Part shown: one piece after another, positions 55,253 through 64,000 of the stretch | Layout: each line of letters starts with the position of its first letter | How positions within the stretch are numbered: position 1 is the stretch's first letter | Source: Minisyncoccota bacterium | GTDB lineage: Bacteria > Patescibacteriota > Minisyncoccia > Phycocordibacterales > DATDWN01 | Reading direction: 5' to 3' | Assembly (NCBI GenBank): GCA_036517395.1 | Contig: DATDWN010000016.1 | Location: 11,262 to 75,261, forward strand | Length of the DNA: 64,000 bases | Position numbers and translations under genes: made by a program | Notes under the pieces: model-generated | The model's database searches: none | What the model saw: only the letters and a program-made list of their open reading frames with translations | Told to the model about the DNA's origin: nothing

Positions 55253-55394
55253 GCATGTCCGCACACCAACTTTGGCATTGTCTCTTTGTTGCTAGGTTAG
55301 GAATTACATCAAATTTTAGATGTATATCTATATATGGATGTATGTATAAACTCTGAGACAGGGCAATGATGCCAAAGTTGGTGTGCGGATAAAT
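55253..55394. repeat. family A element, copy 9, abuts uvrA ATG
   Basis: CATGTCCGCACACCAACTTTGGCATTGTCTC ... GATGCCAAAGTTGGTGTGCGGATAAATATG. Confidence 0.8.
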
Positions 55395-58013
55395 ATGAAA
55401 AATGAAGGTTTAATCATCGTTAAAGGGGCGCGGACCCATAACTTGAAAAATATCACAGTCGAAATGCCACGGAACAAAATGATGGTTTTTACCGGTTTGT
55501 CTGGCTCGGGCAAATCCTCTCTGGCTTTTGATACTATATTTGCCGAGGGACAGAGACGATACGTTGAGTCTTTGTCCTCATACGCTCGACAATTTTTGCG
55601 TCAGATGCAAAAGCCGGATGTGGACGAAATATCCGGCCTCTCCCCTGCCATTTCCATTGATCAGAAATCTCGTTCAAACAACCCACGATCGACCGTGGCC
55701 ACTATCACAGAAATTTACGACTACTTGCGTATTTTGTATTCACGCATCGGCCATCCGCATTGTTTGGTTTGTGGCGATGAAATCACAAAGCTCTCGAACG
55801 AAGAAATTAAGAATTTTGTCTTGGAGAAAATTTCTAATTATCTTACACCAACACGAAGTGTTGGCACAGAAAGGTATAAGGCGTCAGCTACGACAGAAAT
55901 ATACGCTCCGGTGGTTAAGGGTCGCAAGGGTGAATATTATCAAATGCTTTATGACTTGCTAGGCAAAGGCTACTCGCATGTCCTTATAGACGGTGAGAAA
56001 AAATCACTTCGAGAGAAAATTGAACTTTCGAAAACAAAAAGACATGTTATAGATGTGCTTGTGGATAGTATTTCTCTATTAGATTTTAGGATAGATAAAA
56101 AAAGCGCAGAAGAGAGGCTGTCGGAAGATTTGGAAAAGGCGCTTGGTGAGTCGGATGGTCAGGTCAAAGTGGTTTTCCGAGATATGGCCCTTGAAAAAAA
56201 CAAGGACTATAAGCCCGAAAAAGTTTTCATGTCCTCCAAGCTGTCGTGTCCCAAAGATGGCTACTCCTATCCTGAAGTCGAACCACGGCTTTTTTCTTTC
56301 AACTCTCCTTATGGTGCCTGTCAAGAATGTAATGGTTTGGGCACACGACATTTTTTCGGCAAGGAAGCTTGTCCCAAGTGTAAGGGCGCTCGTCTGCGCG
56401 AGGAAGCGCTTCACGTTTTGATTGGAAAGCGCAATATCGTCGAGCTGACTGCGATGTCCATAAAAGATGCTTATGATTTCGTAACAAATTTAAAACTGAC
56501 AGAACGAGAGAAAAATATTTCCAAAGTTGTTATGCGAGAAATCGAGTCACGACTTCTTTTTATGATTAATGTCGGTATTGAATATCTTTCTCTGGACAGG
56601 CGTGCTCACACTCTTTCTGGCGGAGAAGCTCAGAGAATTCGCCTAGCATCCCAACTTGGTTCCGGACTTGTTGGCGCTCTGTATGTTCTTGACGAGCCCA
56701 CTATCGGACTACACTCTCGCGATAACGATCGGCTAGTTAAAACACTTCTTAACCTGCGAGATCTAGGAAACACTATTATTGTGGTCGAGCACGATGAAGA
56801 CACTATTTTCGCCTCGGATTATATTGTTGATATCGGGCCTCGTGCCGGAGTTCACGGTGGCCATGTTGTTGTGGCGGATTATCTAGACAAACTAATCACG
56901 GCAAAAACTAATCCTTCTGGATCTCTGACGCTCGACTATTTGCGCGGAGATAAAGTTCTGGAAGTGCCAGAAGAGAGACGAACATATCCAAAAGGCGATC
57001 TACAAATCCGTGGTGGAAAGATTTTTAATATAAAAAATATGAACGTCGATATTCCGCTCGGCAGATTTATTGCCGTCACAGGCGTTTCTGGCTCGGGCAA
57101 GTCTTCTTTTGTTTACGAAATTCTGCACAAAAACCTCCAAGCGCGTTTTGAGAGAAAATATCGCTCGGCAGAAATTTTTAACTGCAAATCTTTCACTGGC
57201 ACAGAATATCTAGGCAGGGCGATTTTGATAGATCAATCCCCAATAGGTCGAACGCCTCGATCGAACCCAGCGACATACACAGGTTCGTGGACATTTATTC
57301 GGGATTTATTCGCCGAATCAGCCGAAGCTCGAGCTCGTGGTTGGAAAGCCAATAGATTTTCTTTCAATGTGAAGGGTGGTCGATGCGAAACATGTCAGGG
57401 TAACGGTATGATAGAAGTGGAGATGCATTTCTTGCCGACTGTTTATGTGCCGTGCGATGTCTGCAAAGGTAAAAGATTTATGAAAGAGACCTTGGAAGTG
57501 CATTATAAGAAAAAAAATATTTATGATGTGTTGAAAATGACCGTGGAGGAGGCGTTAAAGTTTTTTGAAGATATCCCGTCGATATACGATCGTCTGAAAT
57601 CAATGGATGATGTTGGTCTTGGCTATCTCGAGCTCGGGCAGAGCGCCACAACTCTTTCTGGTGGCGAAGCTCAGAGAGTGAAAATATCCTCAGAGCTTTA
57701 TCGTCCGCATTTACAAAAAACTATTTATCTTTTGGACGAGCCAACTATCGGTTTGCACTATGAAGATGTCAAAAAATTAATCGAGATTTTGCAAAAGCTT
57801 GTGAACAAAGGAAACACCGTTCTTGTCATCGAGCACAATATGGATATTATAAAGTCGTGTGACTATGTTTTGGACATAGGCCCAGAGGGTGGAGATGGTG
57901 GGGGGCAACTGGTGGCCAAAGGTACACCTGAGGAAGTAGCGGAGAATGAGAAGTCGTACACTGGTAAGTATTTAAAGAAAGCACTTAAACAATATAAGGC
58001 GTATAGGAAATAA
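55395..58013 (+). CDS. uvrA: excinuclease ABC subunit A
   Basis: '[10 protein letters not shown]', two ABC modules '[14 protein letters not shown]' / 'GVSGSGKSS', 'LSGGEAQR' x2, Zn fingers. ATG at 55395 is fused to the MITE repeat (alternative GTG at 55383). Confidence 0.95.
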   Translation: MKNEGLIIVKGARTHNLKNITVEMPRNKMMVFTGLSGSGKSSLAFDTIFAEGQRRYVESLSSYARQFLRQMQKPDVDEISGLSPAISIDQKSRSNNPRSTVATITEIYDYLRILYSRIGHPHCLVCGDEITKLSNEEIKNFVLEKISNYLTPTRSVGTERYKASATTEIYAPVVKGRKGEYYQMLYDLLGKGYSHVLIDGEKKSLREKIELSKTKRHVIDVLVDSISLLDFRIDKKSAEERLSEDLEKALGESDGQVKVVFRDMALEKNKDYKPEKVFMSSKLSCPKDGYSYPEVEPRLFSFNSPYGACQECNGLGTRHFFGKEACPKCKGARLREEALHVLIGKRNIVELTAMSIKDAYDFVTNLKLTEREKNISKVVMREIESRLLFMINVGIEYLSLDRRAHTLSGGEAQRIRLASQLGSGLVGALYVLDEPTIGLHSRDNDRLVKTLLNLRDLGNTIIVVEHDEDTIFASDYIVDIGPRAGVHGGHVVVADYLDKLITAKTNPSGSLTLDYLRGDKVLEVPEERRTYPKGDLQIRGGKIFNIKNMNVDIPLGRFIAVTGVSGSGKSSFVYEILHKNLQARFERKYRSAEIFNCKSFTGTEYLGRAILIDQSPIGRTPRSNPATYTGSWTFIRDLFAESAEARARGWKANRFSFNVKGGRCETCQGNGMIEVEMHFLPTVYVPCDVCKGKRFMKETLEVHYKKKNIYDVLKMTVEEALKFFEDIPSIYDRLKSMDDVGLGYLELGQSATTLSGGEAQRVKISSELYRPHLQKTIYLLDEPTIGLHYEDVKKLIEILQKLVNKGNTVLVIEHNMDIIKSCDYVLDIGPEGGDGGGQLVAKGTPEEVAENEKSYTGKYLKKALKQYKAYRK

Positions 58014-58020
58014 ACAAAAC

Positions 58021-58044
58021 GGCGCCGAGGTTGTCCTCGGCGCC
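58021..58044 (+). terminator. perfect 10-bp GC hairpin after uvrA (GGCGCCGAGG-TTGT-CCTCGGCGCC)
   Basis: Seen directly; lacks a U-tract. Confidence 0.4.
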
Positions 58045-58062
58045 TACCAGACTCATCCAGGC

Positions 58063-58236
58063 TTATCGTCGCCGAAGCCGAATCGTGTCACAGATCTCGT
58101 CGATGATGCAACCAAGCATGGTCAGCCCTGCTCCCAAAGCGAGAGTATGACGAATCGTCATCATGTCCGCTGTGAGCAACACTATCGCCATCTCGAGAAG
58201 TGCAAACCACAGGTTGTTTCGTTGCCTCTCAGTCAT
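58063..58236 (-). CDS. 57-aa GC-rich small membrane protein with strong SD (MTERQRNNLWFALLEMAIVLLTADMM...)
   Basis: AGGAGGG 4 nt upstream of the ATG on the minus strand; two hydrophobic helices; GC-rich versus flanks. Confidence 0.4.
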   Translation of the reverse strand: MTERQRNNLWFALLEMAIVLLTADMMTIRHTLALGAGLTMLGCIIDEICDTIRLRRR

Positions 58237-58270
58237 GAGCCCTCCTACTTCGTATAATATCATATTTATA

Positions 58271-59668
58271 ATGAATAATCGAAATATTAAAAAAGTAATA
58301 TCTAAATTCCCGGATTCTCCTGGGGTGTATATTTTCCTTGGCTCGCCGAAACGTAGTGGAGGCGGCAAGTCCAAAAGTGAAATTCTTTACATAGGCAAAG
58401 CCACATCCCTCCGTGACCGAGTTAGAACTTACATGTCAAGGACAGTCCTTGACACTCGAAGTCCACTCATAGCTAAGATGCTGGAGGAGTTTGAAGATAT
58501 CGAATACATAAAAACAGATTCTGTTTTGGAAGCACTTGTTTTGGAAGCCAATCTCATAAAAAAACACCAGCCGGAAGCAAATATAAAAGAAAAAGATAAT
58601 AAAAGTTTTAACTTTGTTGTGATTACCAAAGAAGATTTTCCTCGTGTTTTAGTTATCCGCGGTCGTGAACTGCTGCAATCGCGCATTATGTCAAGGACGC
58701 CCCTTGCCAAAAATTCAAAAATGGCAAAGGGCGTCTTTGACATTAAAAATCAGTTCGGTCCATTTCCAAACGGCGGACAGCTGAAGGAAGCACTGAAAAT
58801 AATTCGCAAGATGTTTCCGTATCGGGATAAGTGTAATTCTGCGGAAGTCCGACTTCCGCAGAAAACGTATTCAGGGAAGCGACCGAGCGGGAACGATGGG
58901 AGTACTGAGGCCAACAGGCCGAATGTAGCCTGTTTTAATCGTCAGATAGGTTTGTGTCCAGGAGTTTGTACAGGAGAAATTACAAAAGAGGATTATCAGA
59001 AACAAATCCAAAATATTATTTTGTTTTTTCGGGGTAATAAAAAGCGATTGCTGAAAAACCTTGAGAAACAAATGCGAGGTTTCGCAAAAAATCGAGAGTT
59101 TGAGAAAGCCGGCGAAGCTAAAAAAACAATTTTTCTTCTAAAACATATTCAGGATATATCGCTTATAAAAGAAGATTGCAAAGGTTCGACCTTAAAGAAT
59201 GGTGCCCAAGGTCGAACCTTGGATTCAGAGACATTCCGAATCGAATCTTATGATGTCGCACACATGTCTGGACAAAATGTTGTTGGGGTTATGATTGTTG
59301 TCGAGGATGGTGAAGTGAAGAAGTCTGATTATAGGAAGTTCAAAATAAAAAACAATCCAAGTGTAAACGATACTAAAGCCTTGACAGAAGTACTGTCGAG
59401 AAGGTTGGCACATATAGAATGGCGATTTCCTGATTTGATTGTTGTCGATGGAGGGACGGCGCAAAAGAGAGTGATGGAAAAGATTTTGCGGGAGAATAAA
59501 GTGAATATTCCCGTTGTTTCTGTTGTCAAAGATGAGAGACATAAACCGAAGAATATACTAGGTGACAGACAGTGGTTAAAATATGAGAGAGAAATAATTC
59601 TAGCAAACAGCGAATCACATAGATTTGCTATTGGATATCATAGAAAGCTCAGAGGGAAGTTTGGATAA
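58271..59668 (+). CDS. uvrC: excinuclease ABC subunit C (short form, lacks C-terminal HhH)
   Basis: GIY-YIG 'GVYIF...ILYIGKATSLRDRV', UvrBC-binding 'LLKNLEKQMRGFAKNREFEKAGEAKK', RNaseH-like endonuclease domain. ATG at 58271 preferred over the track start. Confidence 0.85.
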   Translation: MNNRNIKKVISKFPDSPGVYIFLGSPKRSGGGKSKSEILYIGKATSLRDRVRTYMSRTVLDTRSPLIAKMLEEFEDIEYIKTDSVLEALVLEANLIKKHQPEANIKEKDNKSFNFVVITKEDFPRVLVIRGRELLQSRIMSRTPLAKNSKMAKGVFDIKNQFGPFPNGGQLKEALKIIRKMFPYRDKCNSAEVRLPQKTYSGKRPSGNDGSTEANRPNVACFNRQIGLCPGVCTGEITKEDYQKQIQNIILFFRGNKKRLLKNLEKQMRGFAKNREFEKAGEAKKTIFLLKHIQDISLIKEDCKGSTLKNGAQGRTLDSETFRIESYDVAHMSGQNVVGVMIVVEDGEVKKSDYRKFKIKNNPSVNDTKALTEVLSRRLAHIEWRFPDLIVVDGGTAQKRVMEKILRENKVNIPVVSVVKDERHKPKNILGDRQWLKYEREIILANSESHRFAIGYHRKLRGKFG

Positions 59669-59771
59669 TTTCAAATTTCAAAATCCAAATTTCCAATCAG
59701 TATCAAAGAATCAAATGTCAAAGTTTTGGATTTCGATATTTGGATTTGGTTTGACATTGGAAGTTTAGGTT

Positions 59772-60770
59772 TTGATATTATACAATATATCTATGCCAAC
59801 TCTTTCTCCATCACTTCACATAGGCGTACTTCGTGGGGGACCGTCGTCGGAGTATGATGTCTCACTAAAAAGTGGTGCTAATGTCCTACGGCATCTTTCG
59901 GAAACTCACAGGCCGCTGGATATTTTTATTTCTCGTGATGGCAAATGGCATATAGCGGGTGTGGAGAGATCACCGGAAAGAATTTTGCAAAATGTCGATG
60001 TTGTTTTCAATGCTTTGCACGGTGCCTATGGTGAGGATGGTGGAGTACAGGAAGTTCTCGGCTACCTCGGCGTTCCGTATACCGGCTCCGGGCGGTATGA
60101 GTCCGCTATCGCCATGAATAAATGGATGACAAAGGAAAGGGCGACGGCGGCCGGAATAAAAACACCAGTTTTTGCCATTGTGAGAGAGACTGACAATTTG
60201 GCGCAAAAAGCCAAAGAGATTTTCAACTCCATACCGCATCCGCTCATAGTTAAACCAGCATGTGGAGGCTCGTCCCTAGGGCTTTATAAAGTGTCCTCCT
60301 ATAGCGAACTCTTGTCCGCTCTGGAAAGTGTCTTGTCTGAGCATGGTTCGGCGATCGTGGAGGAGTGTATTATTGGTAAAGAAGCTACATGTGGTGTTAT
60401 AAATAATTTTCGTGAGCGAGATGTGTATGCACTACCTCCTATCGAGATTATTCCGCCAAAAGGCAAACTGTTTGACTATGATTCAAAATATAATGGAGAG
60501 AGTAGGGAAATCTGCCCTGGGAATTTTAGTCAATTGGAGAAAAAAGAAATAGAAAGATTATCGGCTCTCATTCACCAAACTCTGGGCTTATCGCATTATT
60601 CTCGATCAGATTTTATTGTTTCACCACGTCGTGGGATTTATTTTCTGGAGGTCAATACTCTTCCCAGATTAACTCCAGAGTCTCTTCTACCAAAGTCTCT
60701 CAAAGCTATTGGTTCTAGTGTTCAGGAGTTTTTGCATCATGTTATCGGCCTTGCATTAAATAAAAAATAG
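59772..60770 (+). CDS. ddl: D-alanine--D-alanine ligase
   Basis: 'GVLRGGPSSEYDVSLKSG', ATP-grasp 'VKPACGGSSLGL', 'EVNTLP'. Confidence 0.85.
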   Translation: MILYNISMPTLSPSLHIGVLRGGPSSEYDVSLKSGANVLRHLSETHRPLDIFISRDGKWHIAGVERSPERILQNVDVVFNALHGAYGEDGGVQEVLGYLGVPYTGSGRYESAIAMNKWMTKERATAAGIKTPVFAIVRETDNLAQKAKEIFNSIPHPLIVKPACGGSSLGLYKVSSYSELLSALESVLSEHGSAIVEECIIGKEATCGVINNFRERDVYALPPIEIIPPKGKLFDYDSKYNGESREICPGNFSQLEKKEIERLSALIHQTLGLSHYSRSDFIVSPRRGIYFLEVNTLPRLTPESLLPKSLKAIGSSVQEFLHHVIGLALNKK

Positions 60771-60782
60771 AAGGATAGGTTA

Positions 60783-60937
60783 CCCCAGTAGTAGAGCGTA
60801 GCTCACTACAGGGTAAACCCCGTAGTGAAAATGACATAAAATTTTATGCAAAGTTATTACTTTGCCATGTCATTTTCTACTACGGGGTTATCCACAGCGC
60901 ACTTGACTTGTGATACCCCGTAGGGGTATAGTGAGTT
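60783..60937. repeat. family B element copy containing the csoR promoter/operator
   Basis: CCCCAGTAGTAGAGCGTAGCTCACTACAGGG...CCCCGTAGTGAAAATGACAT...ATGTCATTTTCTACTACGGGG...ATACCCCGTAGGGGTAT. Confidence 0.65.
60903..60932 (+). promoter_or_regulatory. csoR-copA promoter (TTGACT-18-TATAGT) with embedded CsoR-type operator palindrome ATACCCCGTAGGGGTAT
   Basis: Perfect 7-3-7 palindrome at 60913-60929, like known CsoR operators (B. subtilis copZA type). The -10 box ends 6 nt before the csoR ATG, implying a leaderless mRNA. Confidence 0.55.
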
Positions 60938-60938
60938 T

Positions 60939-61202
60939 ATGAATACAAACAAGCAAAAACTTATTCGTCGGTTGAAGATAGTGGAAGGTCAGGTTCGTGG
61001 ATTGCAGGACATGCTTTCCAAAGACGCATACTGTATTGATGTTATTACTCAAACATCCGCTGTAAAACAGGCGCTCTCTGGTATTGAAGACGCTATAATG
61101 GAAAGTCACTTGAGTACATGTGTTGTGCCTCAAATAAAAAAAGGCAAAGGCGAGGCATCAGTCAAGGAAATATTAAAAGTTTATCGGCTAAAACGAAAAT
61201 AG
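60939..61202 (+). CDS. csoR: CsoR/RcnR-family copper-sensing transcriptional repressor
   Basis: '[16 protein letters not shown]...[16 protein letters not shown]' with Cys/His ligands. Confidence 0.85.
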   Translation: MNTNKQKLIRRLKIVEGQVRGLQDMLSKDAYCIDVITQTSAVKQALSGIEDAIMESHLSTCVVPQIKKGKGEASVKEILKVYRLKRK

Positions 61203-61203
61203 T

Positions 61204-63489
61204 ATGGCATTCACTTCAGTATATAAAATAAATGGCATGCACTGCGCTTCGTGCGCTGGTATCATAGAAAAGATTTTTAGAAAAACAGATGGTGTCGTGT
61301 CAGTAGATGTGAATTATGGAACTGAGAGCGCCAGACTGTCATTTGATAACACAAAAACTAATCCGGCAGAACTTTCAAGGCAAATCGAAAAACTTGGCTA
61401 CTCCTTGGTTTTGCCCAACAAAGAATCAAAACGGGAAAAATTATCTGAATTGAAATCTATGCGAAACAAGGTTTTTTCCGCTATGCCTCTGGCTGTTATA
61501 AGCGTTGTTATCATGGGTTGGGATATTTTTTCTAGGTTTGGTCTTGTTCCAGAGATGTCATATTTTTGGCAAAACATTTTTCAATATCTGCTTCCACTGA
61601 TGGCCATCGCTACATTTGTTATCCTCGGTAAACCATATTTGCTCGGAGTATATCGTTTTCTACGTTATGGCAGGGCGAACATGGACACGCTCATAGGCAT
61701 AGGCACATCCGTCGCTTTTCTCTACAGTTCTGTCGTCACGGTTTTTGGAGAAAGTCTAAAAGCATTTATAAATACTCAAAGCACATATTTTGATGTTACC
61801 ATTATCGTTATTACTTTCATTGCTCTTGGAAAGTATCTTGAGGCACGGTCAAAATTGAAAACAGGAGATGCTATAGAAAAACTTTTGAACCTTCAAGCCA
61901 AAACAGCGCTAGTGGTCCGTGATGGCAAAGAAATTGAAATCTCAGTTGACCAAGTGGTGCATGGTGATTTGATTGTGGTAAAACCTGGGAGCGCTATTCC
62001 TGTTGATGGTATTTTGACCAAAGGGTCTTCGTATATAGATGAATCAATGATTACAGGTGAGCCGATGCCAGTGGCTAAAAAAGTTGGTGATGCTGTGGTT
62101 TCTGGCACGATAAATACGACGGGTTCATTTATTTTTGAAGCTACAAAAATCGGTTCGGAAACTATACTGTCTCGAATTATAAAAATGGTAGAAGAGGCGC
62201 AAGGGAGCAAGGCGCCTATCCAAGCACTGGCTGATAAAATCTCTAGTATTTTTGTGCCGGTGGTTTTAGTTTTGTCTTTTGTGGCTCTGGGATTGTGGCT
62301 TGTTATTGGCACGCAGTATCTCGGTTTTTCTCAAGCACTCTCTTTCGGTCTGGTTTCTTTTGTCGGTATTCTCGTCATCGCCTGTCCATGCGCATTGGGA
62401 CTTGCAACTCCCACGGCTATTATTGTCGGTGTTGGTAAGGGAGCAAGAGAAGGTATACTAATAAAAGATGCGGGGACTCTAGAAAAACTTGGCAAAGTAA
62501 ATGTGGTTGTGGTGGACAAGACGGGAACGCTAACACGAGGAAAACCCGAACTTGTCTCTATTAAAAATTTTTCTAACAAAAAAGACGCAGAATTAATTTC
62601 AATCCTTGCTTCACTTGAAAATAAATCAGAACACCCCATCGCTCACGCAGTTGTCTCTTATGCAATTGAAAATAAAATCGGTTTAACTGCTCTGGATACT
62701 TTTGAGGCGATTAAAGGCAAGGGTGTCAAAGGGGTTGTTGAAAATACGGAATATTATGCGGGCAACACTAAACTTGTAAAAGATCTCAGACTTCATTTTG
62801 ATAGCACGGGGAATGAGAAAGAAACGCTAGAAGGGAAAACTCCTGTTATTTTGACAACAAAAGAAAAAGTTCTCGGGGTTTTTATGATAGCAGATAGCAT
62901 TAAACCGGAGGCTGTAGAAGCGGTAAAAAATCTGCATAAACTGGGCATAAAAGTTGTCATGCTTACTGGGGATGATAGAAATACTGCCACATTTATTGCA
63001 AGGCAGGTTGATATAGACGAAGTTGTTGCGGAGGTCATGCCAGAGGACAAACTTAGGATAATAAAGGAATTACAGGAAGGAAGATTTGAAAATTGGAAAT
63101 TGGAAATTGGAAATTCCAACCGAAGGTTGGTGGTGGCCATGGCTGGGGATGGAGTGAACGATGCACCAGCTCTGGCACAGGCCGATGTCGGTATTGCTAT
63201 GGCTACGGGGACAGATGTGGCTATTGAGAGCGCCGGCATTACTCTGCTTCATGGTGATATTTCTAAACTAGTCAAGGCTATAAATCTGTCAAAAATAACA
63301 ATGCGAGGCATAAGACAAAATCTGTTCTGGGCTTTCTTTTACAATATTATTGGTATCCCACTTGCTGGTGGCTTGTTTTATCCAATTTTTGGCTGGATGC
63401 TCTCACCCGTGTTTGCTGGGTTTGCCATGGCCATGTCTAGCGTCTCGGTGGTTAGCAATTCATTAAGGTTAAAAACTAAAAAATTATAA
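61204..63489 (+). CDS. copA: copper-translocating P-type ATPase
   Basis: N-terminal HMA 'GMHCASCAG', 'CPC' ([11 protein letters not shown]), 'DKTGTLT', '[10 protein letters not shown]'. Contains an in-frame (GAAATTG)n insertion at 63088-63117. Confidence 0.9.
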   Translation: MAFTSVYKINGMHCASCAGIIEKIFRKTDGVVSVDVNYGTESARLSFDNTKTNPAELSRQIEKLGYSLVLPNKESKREKLSELKSMRNKVFSAMPLAVISVVIMGWDIFSRFGLVPEMSYFWQNIFQYLLPLMAIATFVILGKPYLLGVYRFLRYGRANMDTLIGIGTSVAFLYSSVVTVFGESLKAFINTQSTYFDVTIIVITFIALGKYLEARSKLKTGDAIEKLLNLQAKTALVVRDGKEIEISVDQVVHGDLIVVKPGSAIPVDGILTKGSSYIDESMITGEPMPVAKKVGDAVVSGTINTTGSFIFEATKIGSETILSRIIKMVEEAQGSKAPIQALADKISSIFVPVVLVLSFVALGLWLVIGTQYLGFSQALSFGLVSFVGILVIACPCALGLATPTAIIVGVGKGAREGILIKDAGTLEKLGKVNVVVVDKTGTLTRGKPELVSIKNFSNKKDAELISILASLENKSEHPIAHAVVSYAIENKIGLTALDTFEAIKGKGVKGVVENTEYYAGNTKLVKDLRLHFDSTGNEKETLEGKTPVILTTKEKVLGVFMIADSIKPEAVEAVKNLHKLGIKVVMLTGDDRNTATFIARQVDIDEVVAEVMPEDKLRIIKELQEGRFENWKLEIGNSNRRLVVAMAGDGVNDAPALAQADVGIAMATGTDVAIESAGITLLHGDISKLVKAINLSKITMRGIRQNLFWAFFYNIIGIPLAGGLFYPIFGWMLSPVFAGFAMAMSSVSVVSNSLRLKTKKL

Positions 63490-63493
63490 AACT

Positions 63494-64000
63494 ATGAAAA
63501 CATATACATTTCATGTCCAAGGTATGCATTGTCACGCTTGTATTTTATTGACGGAAAGTGAACTCGAGGAAGTATCCTATGTCACAAAGGCAAAATCTAG
63601 TTTGAGTAATCACACTGTCGAGATTCTGGGTGAGTTTGGTGACAAATCACAAGATATGATTGCAGAGGAACTGTCGCAAGTCCTTATTAAGCATGGATAT
63701 TCTCTGTCGGTTGAGCGGGAGGAGAAAATAAAAAATTGGTCTGATTTTAAAATCGCTATACCTATAGCACTAGGCTTTGCGGTTTTGTTTGTAGTTTTGC
63801 AGAAAATCGGTTTAGTTAATCTGGTTGGCACAAACAGCGTCTCGTACGGCACAGCATTTGTTATTGGTATCATCGCATCGCTTTCTACATGTATGGCTGT
63901 GGTGGGAGGACTTTTGCTTTCTATGTCGGCAACATTTGCCAGAGAAGGGGATAAAGTTAAACCACAAATTCTTTTTCATGTTGGTCGTATCATTTCTTTC
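63494..64000 (+). CDS. HMA-domain membrane protein (partial, runs off window); CcdA/DsbD-like permease core likely
   Basis: 'GMHCHAC' HMA motif, then TM helices with 'SLSTCMAVVGG'. Confidence 0.45.
   Translation, partial: MKTYTFHVQGMHCHACILLTESELEEVSYVTKAKSSLSNHTVEILGEFGDKSQDMIAEELSQVLIKHGYSLSVEREEKIKNWSDFKIAIPIALGFAVLFVVLQKIGLVNLVGTNSVSYGTAFVIGIIASLSTCMAVVGGLLLSMSATFAREGDKVKPQILFHVGRIISF

Noticed and set aside
25300-55394. Family A terminal repeat TTATCCGCACA as DnaA boxes / an oriC
   Set aside because: Only copy 2 carries an exact TGTGGATAA; the others have an extra G (TTATCCGCACA). Copies are dispersed over 30 kb rather than clustered, and dnaA is not present. Resemblance noted but not supported.
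1-64000. CRISPR array search
   Set aside because: Many repeats are present but none is a short direct repeat with regular unique spacers; the Cas2-like domain belongs to a PaaX-like regulator with no other cas genes.

Overview
This is an AT-rich bacterial chromosomal segment. Gene content and style (short dnaX, short RelA/SpoT, many small secreted or membrane proteins, few obvious Shine-Dalgarno sequences) suggest a small-genome, CPR/Patescibacteria-like organism; that placement is inference only.

The backbone is housekeeping genes I recognise by motif: miaA, murA, parB, relA/spoT, topA, dprA, serS, ftsQ-like, dus, dnaX, pyrD, an ECF sigma factor, msrA/msrB, a DEAD-box helicase, dedA, xseA/xseB, a LOG-family protein, rluB, an FKBP isomerase, tgt, uvrB-uvrA-uvrC, ddl and csoR-copA. 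I call four tRNAs: Trp(CCA), an atypical Ser(UGA)-like, Leu(CAA) and Gln(UUG).

The left ~12 kb looks like an accessory island. It has a large serine recombinase whose ORF runs through tRNA-Trp, a RepA/AAA_25-type ATPase, and a tandem array of five zinc-ribbon membrane proteins with varied C-terminal domains.

The most unusual content is repeated DNA that is woven into gene expression and coding sequence:
- A MITE-like inverted-repeat family (9 copies) whose terminal repeat supplies the start codon, or in one case the stop codon, of the adjacent gene.
- An identical 21-bp perfect palindrome inside three unrelated coding sequences (topA, dus, uvrC), always encoding MSRTVLDT.
- In-frame palindromic insertions in dus, uvrC and tgt, and an in-frame microsatellite-like insertion in copA.
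- A 140-bp repeat in two copies that carries a strong SD and a 27-codon mini-ORF differing only by a synonymous change.
- A wHTH plus Cas2-like (PaaX-like) gene bracketed by 32-bp inverted hairpins.
- A ~1.3 kb high-GC foreign island encoding a LysM protein.

I also flag several candidate structured RNAs, including a ~400-nt unit with a near-consensus promoter and intrinsic terminator just upstream of tgt. No CRISPR array and no rRNA were found.
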